NCBI GenBank assembly: GCA_002633005.1
Contig: NMRA01000667.1
Coordinates: forward strand, 53,793-117,792
DNA: 64,000 bases
Direction of reading: 5' to 3'
Origin: Phoronis australis
Lineage: Eukaryota > Animalia > Phoronida
The notes beneath the pieces were generated by a model. That model was not told the DNA's origin and did no database searches. It saw nothing but the letters and a program-made list of their open reading frames with translations. Positions 50,770-61,341 of this stretch are shown piece by piece; the stretch's first letter is position 1, and every line of letters begins with the position of its first letter. Position numbers and translations under genes: made by a program.

Positions 50770-50902
50770 GTCTGAGCTGGACCATCATGCTCAGTGGTTC
50801 GCAGGAATGACTGTACTGGCTAGAAGCAGCAGTGTCGTCAGCAGTTACTCTAGACCCAGGCTGGTCTGGACTGTACAAAGCGATCTTAGCTACAAGTAAA
50901 TG
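50770..50902 (+). other. Putative 5' exon of the zinc-finger gene, ending in the ATG at 50900-50902
   Basis: ttgcAG acceptor at 50768-50769 and a strong ATG|GTgagt donor. Splices in frame to the acceptor at 51546. Confidence 0.6.
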
Positions 50903-51546
50903 GTGAGTCGTTGAGTGCATTTGCACTGTCTTGTTTTTCAGTCACATATGATTAGCTAAGTGGCGTCATTTGTAGTGTAACACCTAGAAACAGAGATAAG
51001 TGGTTTTTGAATAAAAGGTCTGAAGTTCATTTTTTGAGGATCCACATAGTGCCTTATTCATAAGACTCCTGTGCTCAGGGTTTCCATTGACTGAAATGTT
51101 GTTTTCAGCAATGAGATCAATCAATTTAAAAGTAATATTCCTGATTAGTCTTGACTAACACATTTATTGTTCACTTTCAAAGACTGATGTCGTGATTCAT
51201 TTTCTTACTATCAACAGTTATATGTAGATTACAAACCAGCTTACTTAATTAACCACATTATACGCATATCTTGTTCCTTTCCATACCATGATAGAAACCG
51301 ATCATTCAAAAGGGCCTCTAAAGGCCATTAGTTTTGTCAGTGTTATAGTCAACCTTTCCATGTCTTAGCTGCCTCAAGTCCTTCTTGAGTCAGTTGAAAT
51401 GAGTTCTAGCATATATTAAGGAAAATTTGCGAACTGTGTGGGTGGACTAATCAACTTCTTTTTCATGATATTCATATTTAGGCAGAATATAGGGAGAAAA
51501 TCCCACTCTCATGGAAACTACTATCCACCGTAGTTTTTTGTTGCAG

Positions 51547-54522
51547 ATGAATCCTGGTGGGGATCAGATGTCATATTCTGACATGCACAGTGGCTTGAGT
51601 CATGTGGTGGTTAGTGACCAGGTCAAGGCTATGTCCAGTCAGCTATCTTTTCCAGCCCTAGCCAGCGGACACGCGATGACTATGCACTTGTCCAACATGA
51701 CCTACGTTGACAGTGGCAGACAAACAACCCCTGAGAAAGTCCTGTATACGATGCCTTTGTCGTACACTACCCTCGAACCATCTGTTAGTGGCTTGATTAG
51801 CAGTGTGGGGGGTGAGCCTCATCGTGAGGGACACCAGCAGCACATGGAGGTTGAGGAAGAGCACATCGAAGGTCTACTCAAGCTGTGCAGTAGCATGGTG
51901 CCCAGAACATTGGGTGATGCTCAAAGCACAGGCAGTGGTTCTGATCAAGTTCACTCTGAAGTTGTTGGAGAGGTCAGGGATCAGAAGGATAGCGGTGCTG
52001 TGGATTTGCAGCTGGAAAACGAAGCTTTAAGGGATCAGATCCAACAACTTCACGAGCAGATTCAGAAGCTGTCTGGTAACAATCCTAGTGCCGATGTCAG
52101 TTTCGATCAACCCATTGTTTCTGTTGCTGCTTCATCTTCCCAAATTTCTTCCTTGAGTGATTCAACTGATATGTTAGCTTCTGGCAACAGAATTGAGGGT
52201 AGGGAAAGTCATGACAAAGAGTTGTCCGTCACCCCAAGTGAGTTTGAAAAAGTAATGACAGACCTGGAAATGCTAAAAAAGTCTCTAAAGGAGAAAGACG
52301 AGACTATCGACAAAATGAAGAAAGAGGCACTAAGAAAGAGCGAAGCAATTGTGAAGAAAGACAAGGAATTGCAAACTGTGAAAGAAAAGCTAAAGGTTGT
52401 GGACTTGTCAGAGTGTCATGCTGGTGACCTTGGCAATGCCTCTTCAGATGTGGGAGAACTTGACCCAGTTACAGCAGCAGCCTTAGCAGAACTTGGTGAT
52501 CTCATGTGTGAACAGTGTGGAGTTGTTTATCCTTCCACAGATGACCTAAATGAGCACATGAGCACTCACCATGACCAGACTATTGAGAAGAAACAGCTCC
52601 GAAGTTCTGGAAAACACTATTTCAGCTGTGGTCTGTGCAGCAAAGTTTTCAGTAGTAGCAAGTATTTGTCTGACCACAAAGCAAAAATGCACGGTCTAGT
52701 ATGTGAGACTAATCTCAACAGCCCACCAGCAATTGAAGAAGAAGGAGAGACTAGTGATTTGATTAACGAAGCTCTCGGGAATGAGGGTGTTACTGATGGC
52801 GATGCATTGTCAGATTGCGCTGAAATGCCTCGAGAAAAAACGTGGTCGTATAAGAATGCAAAGTATAGCTGTGAGCTTTGTAGAAAGACGTTCAGCACTG
52901 GCAGTAACTTGTACAAGCATCAGCGAAATGTCCACAAAATAGAACGCGCGAAGAAAGGCGTGGCCTATGACGTAAAGCCCAGGTGCGAGGAGTGCGGTAG
53001 AGAGTTTGATCGTCTTAGCGCGATGTACCGGCATATGAAGAAAGTACATAACCAGGAGTCAGATGCGGAGGACAATACTTTGGAAAATCTAACAGAGCCT
53101 AACGAATCAGTGCTAAACGATACTGGCAAAGAGCCAAGCAAAGGAAAGACCTTTGAGTGCCCGAAGTGCCGAGATATTTTCAGCACGATTAGTAACCTAT
53201 ATCGACACAAGCGCAACGTGCACGGCATAGAAACGTCAGGGAAGTCTCGCTTAGATGGCAGCGAGGAAGAGTGTATCGAGGCAGCGAAATACACCGTGTA
53301 CGATGACAGCGGCAGGAGGCAGTATCAGTGTGACATGTGTCCTACCGTGTTCACAGGGGTTACTAACTTGTTCCGACACTTGCGCCGTCATGGCGGCGAA
53401 AAGCAGTTTCGGTGCGGACAGTGCGGTAAGAAGTTTGCGCAGAAATCTAGTTTGACCGCGCACGAGAAAATACACACGGGTGTCAAACCGCATGCGTGCG
53501 ACATCTGCGGTAAAACATTTCTCGAGCGCAAATGCTTGACGTATCATTTGCGTAATCACACGGGCGATAAGCCGTATAAATGCGACGATTGTGACGCGTC
53601 ATTTGTTATTAAGAGTAAACTTGAACGTCACAAGCGACAGCATTGCAATGACCGCCCCTTTCAGTGCGACACGTGTGGCAAGTGTTTTGCTCAGATATTT
53701 TATTTGAAGCAGCACGAGCGCACCCACAATGGCCTTCGACCGTTTCAGTGTGACCTCTGTCAGCGCAGGTTCTCGCAAAGAACTAACCTCGCACGTCACA
53801 TGCGCACGCACACCGGAGAGAAGCCTTTCCAGTGCGAGAATTGTGGGAAAAATTTCGCGACTCTTTACAGTTTAGAAAACCACAAGCGTATTCATACGGG
53901 CGAGAAACCATTCTCCTGTAAGGAATGCTCTTTGTCATTTGCCGAAAGGAATAGCCTGAAAAGGCACATGCGCATTCACTCTGGTGAGAAGCCCTATACT
54001 TGCGACGTCTGCGGTCGGGCGTTTTCTCGCAGATATGACGTCAAGAAACACAAGCGAATTCACACGGGAGAAAAGGCGTATTACTGTAGCGTCTGCGGGA
54101 ATGGCTTTAACCAGAAATCCGATCTGGAGAAACATGCTAAAACTCATGTGACCCAACGAGAAGCCTGTAGCAAAGACTCATTTCGCCCGCCCGCGCCCTA
54201 TGAATACAGTTTCGACAACGTCAACGCAACTCAGCCGTTGGTTAGCAGCAGTACTGTCACACATCCCGTTGTACATGCAACTAACACGACTGTGTCTAAT
54301 GCACTGCCGTCAAATTTGGTATTACCCCCTCACTTGCCACCAACTGCTCTGAGCAACATGTTGCCCACGAATCAAACGAGCCATCAGACAATATTACAGA
54401 CCCTACACCCGCCGCCTGCCGGCCACTACTCGTACCCGATGCAGACACTCCAACAGCATGGGCCAGAATCGACGCCATGGTTGACCATGACATTTCAACA
54501 CCTCCACGATGGCCATTCGTGA
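51547..54522 (+). CDS. C2H2 zinc-finger protein (15 fingers: 5 dispersed plus 10 tandem) with N-terminal coiled coils
   Basis: 1003-codon ORF (51511-54522). ttttttgttgcAG at 51546 suggests the real exon starts at 51547. Repeated CxxC-x12-HxxxH with TGEKP-type linkers; heptad segments LQLENEALRDQIQQLHEQIQKL and LEMLKKSLKEKDETI...; Pro/His/Thr-rich tail. No KRAB, BTB, SCAN or ZAD domain recognised. Confidence 0.93.
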   Translation: MNPGGDQMSYSDMHSGLSHVVVSDQVKAMSSQLSFPALASGHAMTMHLSNMTYVDSGRQTTPEKVLYTMPLSYTTLEPSVSGLISSVGGEPHREGHQQHMEVEEEHIEGLLKLCSSMVPRTLGDAQSTGSGSDQVHSEVVGEVRDQKDSGAVDLQLENEALRDQIQQLHEQIQKLSGNNPSADVSFDQPIVSVAASSSQISSLSDSTDMLASGNRIEGRESHDKELSVTPSEFEKVMTDLEMLKKSLKEKDETIDKMKKEALRKSEAIVKKDKELQTVKEKLKVVDLSECHAGDLGNASSDVGELDPVTAAALAELGDLMCEQCGVVYPSTDDLNEHMSTHHDQTIEKKQLRSSGKHYFSCGLCSKVFSSSKYLSDHKAKMHGLVCETNLNSPPAIEEEGETSDLINEALGNEGVTDGDALSDCAEMPREKTWSYKNAKYSCELCRKTFSTGSNLYKHQRNVHKIERAKKGVAYDVKPRCEECGREFDRLSAMYRHMKKVHNQESDAEDNTLENLTEPNESVLNDTGKEPSKGKTFECPKCRDIFSTISNLYRHKRNVHGIETSGKSRLDGSEEECIEAAKYTVYDDSGRRQYQCDMCPTVFTGVTNLFRHLRRHGGEKQFRCGQCGKKFAQKSSLTAHEKIHTGVKPHACDICGKTFLERKCLTYHLRNHTGDKPYKCDDCDASFVIKSKLERHKRQHCNDRPFQCDTCGKCFAQIFYLKQHERTHNGLRPFQCDLCQRRFSQRTNLARHMRTHTGEKPFQCENCGKNFATLYSLENHKRIHTGEKPFSCKECSLSFAERNSLKRHMRIHSGEKPYTCDVCGRAFSRRYDVKKHKRIHTGEKAYYCSVCGNGFNQKSDLEKHAKTHVTQREACSKDSFRPPAPYEYSFDNVNATQPLVSSSTVTHPVVHATNTTVSNALPSNLVLPPHLPPTALSNMLPTNQTSHQTILQTLHPPPAGHYSYPMQTLQQHGPESTPWLTMTFQHLHDGHS

Positions 54523-54613
54523 AAGAATGGTTGTTTAGTGGTATAAAATGGTGAAAATCAACTGAAAAGAGGAGAGAAGACAATGGCTGCATTTGGTTGA
54601 CTGACGGGTCAAC

Positions 54614-54771
54614 CCGGCGTGCGTTCAGTAGGTGCTAGGACCTACGCTAGGACCTAGCTAAAACCTAGTCAAAGTCACGTGCTCTCATTTAAAATGCACG
54701 GCAATATCTCACGTAATCTCGCGAAGTCTTGCTTCTTAGCGAGGTCCTAGCGTTACTGAACGGGAGGCCGG
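54614..54771. mobile_element. Palindromic MITE, copy 2 (zinc-finger gene 3'UTR region)
   Basis: CCGGCGTGCGTTCAGTA...TTACTGAACGGGAGGCCGG; homologous to 6768-6902. Confidence 0.7.
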
Positions 54772-57422
54772 CTAAAACATCTGATCGGGTTCTGGCGATG
54801 ATGATTTCCGGCGTACAAACTAATCAGTTGTCTTTGCCGGCGAATTCAGCCAAGTACAGCCTGCGTAAGTACCGAAAATTTATTCTTTTGAGACACGATA
54901 TGACTGAAAACTTAATTTGTTTACTTTCCAACTGGTGGATATAGGACGTCATGGGGAGGAGCAACCATACTTGTAGAAGGAAAATATCCTCTGGGTACAC
55001 CATAAACACGGCTTGCCGACAGCGTTTTGTTTTGGTCATTTTCATTGTTGGTCGTGTCTGGACCCCTAAATCTGGGTATAATTTGCCCCAAAATAAAATT
55101 TAGACGTTTTTGCTTAGTGTGTGCTGTACCAATTGCCGCCGGCCCCAACTAAGCGGCGACGTTTGGGTTCGAATTTCGTGACCATTTGTGACAGTACAGT
55201 GCTAGTAAACCTTAGAAATCTGGAAAAACGTTAATTTAGGCAATTGTTTTTAACCCATTTGAAGAACTGTCACAGCATTTACGAGTAGCACTTTCATAAT
55301 AGGACTATACGAGACTTTTTTCAATGAGCTATACGTTGTTCCTCTCAGTGCTCAAAGTGCTCTCTATACGCTCTCGGACCAATGACCGCTATAACCCTGC
55401 CGTGTGAAAGCATAGGTTTCGGTAAAAATTCTCCATTTTGTATCAGTGAAAATTATTTTAGGAATAGGCAATACTGGCCCTCCCAAATTCAAGAATATAC
55501 AAGCGATCATTCACTTCGATGTTTCGCTGTATGGGGACTCGTGAAAGCGTTGCGCCAGTGGCTGTTCTCGACAATTCCACCAATTGCTAAGTTTATTTTC
55601 AGACTGTTCCTTCAAAACGCAGTTTCCAAAATTTGAGAAACATTAATGCCAAAATTGCCCATGCCCCAATCTTCAGAATCACCAAAATTTGATCGTCTTC
55701 ATTTTCAAGGTCCCAAATTTTAGAAACTATTCAAACTGGAGAACTGTAACCGTGGTAATAATATTTCGGTTGCCTAAGCCCAATCTTAGTTGGCAGTAAT
55801 GATCCAATTTCGTGAGAAAGTCACGATAATCTTAAAACTTCTATAGTTGATTATATAACTTAAATACTGCTTATTAGGTCTGTTGGTGACATTTGTGCAA
55901 CCATGAACATTTTGCAAATTACACAGGGAGTAGCGATCATTTTTTCAATTTTTACCCGTTTGTCTAGTAGTATACAAACCTGTGTGTTATAAGTTGTGTC
56001 TCAGCTTCACCTGTGCTATACAGTTTGGTAATTGTTCAGTTTTTCAAGCGAAGGGTTTCTTCAAGTACACGTCACGAGTGAAGTTTTTAGGATGTATTAG
56101 CTCTACATGTATTGTCCTTTTGGATTTGTGTATAATGCGCGGATGTCTTCCTGTTGTTTTTATTATAAAGCTTTGTTAAAGTTAAACTTTTTAACAGATT
56201 ATGCTTGTAGAGTGTTTTAGCTTCGCTCAGTAGTCGTTGAATATAGGAATGTCAAGTTTGGTGTGGTTTACGCAAGATCATGAGCATATTTTTAGACTTG
56301 ATGGGTTATGACTACATCGTATTTGTTTTCAGAAAGTAAGTTATTGTGCTAGGAGTCGGACATTCTTGTCTTGGTGCTCATAATTTACACACTGCAGTTC
56401 TTTTCGTAAGCATGTTGTGTCATGTGTAAAAGGACATTATCGTTTTTACGGCCAAAACCGAACATTTTCGTTGTGGTCTTTTGATGCCGTCAGCTTTTGC
56501 TCTTGCCTGGTGAAAATACTGAGCGCTGTACTCATCTGGTGTTGGATAACTTGTGCATATCGTTGAGTAGAAAACCGGTTTTGATATGTTACGATCACCG
56601 CTACCGGCGGTCTATGAAAGTGAAAAAATAAAAATCTGTTTTTTGTGATTTTGTTCTCTACTTTGGAAAAAAAAGAGAGGAGGTCCGTGCCCCTTGATCA
56701 ACCTTGTGGATCTGCCTATGGAAATTCAACACTTAACTGCTAAATTTTGACATGGTCATATCATAAGATACTTAATGATGAAAACGAAGTTGTCACTCGG
56801 GGAAACGTCATTCCTTTCAGTTCACTAGTGTCGACATTCATTATATTAGACTTACAAAGCGGCGTTTAACGTGTTCTTTCTGCCAAAAAAGATAAGTTTT
56901 GGTTTACACCACTTACCGTTATGAAACGGGTCTTGCTTTATTTCTTACTTAGTTTAGAAGTGATCTCCGGACTCGGGAATAACTGACAGTTCTTAATTTA
57001 TTCAGACCAATAGCAGATCAAGGCGTGAAGTGAAGTGGGCGTGGCCAGGGGGAATAACGAACTGTTAATCATTCCAAGCCCAGAAATCACGCCTATTTGA
57101 GTGAGGAATAATTTGAGACCAACTTCATAACCATTAGTGGTCCAAACAAAACTTTTTTTGACAGAGAGCACGTCGGGTTTTGAAAAAAGAAACATAAAAC
57201 GGTATTGCAATACCTCTTGCATGGGCGGCGCACCGTATGGGGCTGGGTTGCTGCGCCACCCATGCCTTGTAGTTGTTTGAAAAACAATGAATTTTTGTGA
57301 GTTAAAAGAATACTCAACCCTGTTTTGATGACCTCAGCCAGTCCTCGTTCTGTCACCTTCTAATGCATCATTCGCGCCTATCTAAAATAAGAGCAGGAAT
57401 CAACTAAAAATTATTTTTATGT

Positions 57423-57661
57423 CATGCGTGCATCCAGGTTCGAGCCCCCCATTTGGCGAAGTGGGCAAAAAAAGTCCGTCTCAAAGAAACAAAAAGTCCG
57501 AGAAAACGAGACAAAAGTCCACTAAAATAGCGCGAATGCACAATGCATTGCTCTGAACGTGGTAACCCGTTTTTTTAGTCCCACGTTTTTTTGTTAGTAA
57601 AAGTCCACATTGCCAAGAATTCGAGCCCTCCCCCCTATATTTTAGGCTGAGTGCGCGCATG
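57423..57661. mobile_element. MITE with CATGCGYGCAYCCAG-type TIRs
   Basis: catgcgtgcatccag...ctgagtgcgcgcatg, flanked by direct TATGT. A solo right end occurs at ~60858-60893. Confidence 0.55.
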
Positions 57662-57892
57662 TATGTCACTGATTGGGTATTATGTTTCTTGGTGGTTGGC
57701 CTTTCTCCATAGTTACCTTGCAATTCGCTGAAAGCGTAGGTCACGCTTGCTCGTTCTGCAAACTTGGAAAGGAGTTCTCAAAAATTTCTCCAAACTTTTG
57801 AGGATTTGCGAGCTCTATAGAACATTATTTTGCTTCAGGTATACTAATTGGATGGGAATGTCGTTTTAGTTATCTGTTGGTATTACAGATCA

Positions 57893-59685
57893 GATCCGGG
57901 TTTGGTATCCTTTTAAGTATGGGTCAAAACTTCTACTGCTAAATGGTCATTACTAAATTGACTTGGTGAGATATATATATATATGTATATTTATATATAC
58001 CGTTTCTTTAATTCAACACACATTTTGAATTTTATGCGCCCACATATTTATATGTGGACGCATTATGCCGTCATCTCTGTCCGTCCGGGGTCCGCTGCTC
58101 CAAAAAACTTCAGCGTATGTTCATGAAATTTTGCACATATGTTCCTTTAGTGGATGGGACGGCATGAGCGAACCTTCGGACGGATCCGACTATCGGTGTG
58201 TCACGTAATGGCAGTTTTAGTTTTTTTTTACGTTTACCTCGGTATCTTCAAAAGTCCTCAATGTATTTTCATGAAATTTGGCATATAGTAATCTATTAGT
58301 GAGGTGACGCTATCCTCCAGTTTTCGTATGAAGTCGACGTAGTTTGCGCCACCTTGTGGCCATTTTCACTGTTTTCAAGCCTGGTTTTGGCGTCCACTCC
58401 TCTATCAACCAAACCGCTCTAAGAATGATTGTGAAAATTGGCAGGTATGTCCTTACTACGAAGAGGACGGCTGACGATGATTTTTCAACGGCTTCGACTA
58501 CTCTGGGGACTACTAGTGGCAGTTTTGTTTTTTTGCACCCATGTCTGTATTTCCTAAACCGTTTGCAGGATCTTTATTTAATTTAGCAAGTGTCTTTATA
58601 TGATGTTGACAACAGACGACGACCACTTTCGGACGGATCTGACTACCGGTGTGCCCTTTAGTGGCAATTTTAATTTTTTACGTTTACCTCTGTATCTTCA
58701 AAGGTCCTTAACGTACTTTCATAAAATTTGGCTTGTAGGCATCTATTAGTAAGACGATGCTATCCTCCGGTTTGAGGATGAATTCGACGTAGTTTGCNGA
58801 TTCGGGTTTGGTATCCTTTTAAGTATGGGTCAAAACTTCTACTGCTAAATGGTCATTACTAAATTGACTTGGTGAGATATATATATTTATATATACCGTT
58901 TCTTTAATTCAACACACATTTTGAATTTTATGCGCCCACATATTTATATGTGGACGCATTATGCCGTCATCTCTGTCCGTCCGGGGTCCGCTGCTCCAAA
59001 AACCTTCAGCGTATGTTCATGAAATTTTGCGCATATGTTCCTTTCGTGGATGGGACGGCATGAGCGAACCTTCGGATGGATCCGACTACCGGTGTGTCAG
59101 TTTTATTTTTTTTTTACGTTTACCTCGGTATCTTCAAAAGTCCTCAATGTATTTTCATGAAATTTAGCATATAGTAATCTATTAGTGAGGTGACGCTATC
59201 CTCCCGTTTTCGGATGAAGTCGACGTAGTTTGCGCCACCTTGTGGACATTTTCACTGTTTTCAAGCCTGGTTTTGGCGTCCACCCCTCTATCAACCAAAC
59301 CGCTCTAAGAATGATAGTGAAAATTGGCAGGTATGTCCTTACTATGAAGAGGACGGCTGACGATGATTTTTCAACGGCTTCGACTACTCTGGGGACTACT
59401 AGTGGCAGTTTTGTTTTTTTGCACCCATGTCTGTATTTCCTAAACCGTTTGCAGGATCTTTATTTAATTTAGCAAGTGTCTTTATATGATGTTGACAACA
59501 GACGACGACCACTTTCGGACGGATCTGACTACCGGTGTGCCCTTTAGTGGCAATTTTAATTTTTTACGTTTACCTCTGTATCTTCAAAGGTCCTTAACGT
59601 ACTTTCATAAAATTTGGCTTGTAGGCATCTATTAGTAAGACGATGCTATCCTCCGGTTTGAGGATGAATTCGACGTAGTTTGCGC
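57893..59685. repeat. ~900-bp near-identical direct duplication across the N at 58798
   Basis: 57893-58797 versus 58799-~59685; probable uncollapsed haplotypes. Confidence 0.88.
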
Positions 59686-60850
59686 CACCTAGTAGCCATT
59701 TTTACTGTTTTCGAGTCTGTTTTTTGGCTTCCACTCCTCTATCAACCAAACCACCCTAAAGATGATTGTGAAAATTGGCAGGTATGTTCTTACTATAAAG
59801 AGGACGACTGACAATGATTTTTCGACGACTTCGACTACTGTGGCGGCTCATAGTGGCAGTTTTTTTGCGCCCATGGCTGTATCTCCTAAACCGTTTGCAG
59901 GATCTTTACTGGATTTAGCAAGTGTTTTTATATGATGTTGACAACAGACTATGACCACTTTTGGACGGATCTGACCAATGAGATAAATATAACTATATAT
60001 ATAGCTCATTGGATCTGACTATCGGTGGACAATTTTAGTTTTTTAGATTTACCTCTGCATCTTCATAGGTCCTAAACGTATTTTCATAAAAGTTGGCATA
60101 AATTATAGGCATCTATTAGTGAGATGACGTTATCCTACCATTTTCGGATGGATTGGTCGTAGTTTGCGCTACCTAGTGTCCATTTTTACTGTTTTCGAGC
60201 CTGTTTTGGCGTCCACCCCTTTATCAACCAAACCGCTCTAAGGATGGCTGTGAAAATTGGCGTGTATGTTTTTACTATGAAGAGGACGACTGATGAGGAT
60301 TTTCCGATCACTCTGACTACTGTGGCACCTCCTAGTGACAATTTTCTGCGCCCATGGCTGTATCTCCTGGACCGTTTTCAGGATCTTTACTAAATTTAGC
60401 AAGTGTATTTATGTGATGTTGACAACGAACGACGACGGCTTTCGAACGGATCTAAGTACCGGTGTTCCCCCTAGTAGCAATTTTATTTTTTTACGTTTAC
60501 CTCTTTATTTTCAAATGTTCTCAACGGATTTTCAGAAAATTTGGAATTTAGGCATCTATTGGTGAGGTGATGCTATCCTCCCATTTTCGGATGGAATCGA
60601 CTTACTTTGCGCCACCTAGTGGTCATTTTTGCTGTTTTTTGAGTTTGTTTTTTGGCGTTCATCTTCACTTACCAAAACTGTTCTAAGGATGATTTTGAAA
60701 ATTGGCGTATATGTTCTCAGTGTGAAGAGGACAGTTGATAATGAGGACTTCGACTACTGTAGCGCCTTCTAGTGGTAGTTTTACGGTTTCTGAACCTAGT
60801 GGCCCCGTTTTTAGTCCTCGTTGATTTTTGTCAGTAAAAGGTGCGCATAT
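58915..60850. repeat. Complex repeat element with ~450-bp higher-order units built from ~150-bp subunits (partial copy at 58030-58797)
   Basis: TTTGCGCCACCTAGTGG-like anchors at 59231, 59681, 60165 and 60608; GAAAATTGGC, TCAACCAAAC and CGGATCTGAC recur with the same period. Confidence 0.8.
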
Positions 60851-61341
60851 AGAAAAATTCGAACCCCCATATTTCAGGCTGGGTGCGCGCATGATGCGGG
60901 ACCATTCCAGTCGCAGAATGAGACTTGCCGGTGCTAAGTCTACAGGAAGCTTTGAGTTAATAGTGAATCTCTTCGTAAACAGTGGCACACTGCTTTGTCT
61001 CTTGCAGCACAAATATCCAAAGAAGAAACAAAGTATTGTCGTTTCATCAATTTCATACTGGTAATATGACAGTGGCTAGTGAAATTCGCAAATAGACCTA
61101 CAGTGGGCCAACTTTGCGAACAAATTATGACACTATCTCGATATCAGCTCTAGTCGACTTTAGTGTATCACCAGTGGCCGTGATGTTTGAATAGATAGTG
61201 ACTTTCAAGCTCATCATTTCCTGGCAGCTCTTAGAACCTCCCCAAAGTAAAACGTTATTTTAAATGAATATTCTCTGGAATTTAAAGAAAATGACAAGCC
61301 TTAAAGGATAATGCCACCTTAAAGAAAATGACAAGCCTTAA

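Noticed and set aside
51511-51546. ORF-track start METTIHRSFLLQ for the zinc-finger protein
   Set aside because: Reads as a polypyrimidine tract plus AG acceptor; probably intronic, though not excluded.
52617-54592. Minus-strand ORFs over the zinc-finger gene
   Set aside because: Antisense shadows of a GC-richer coding exon; no recognisable domains.
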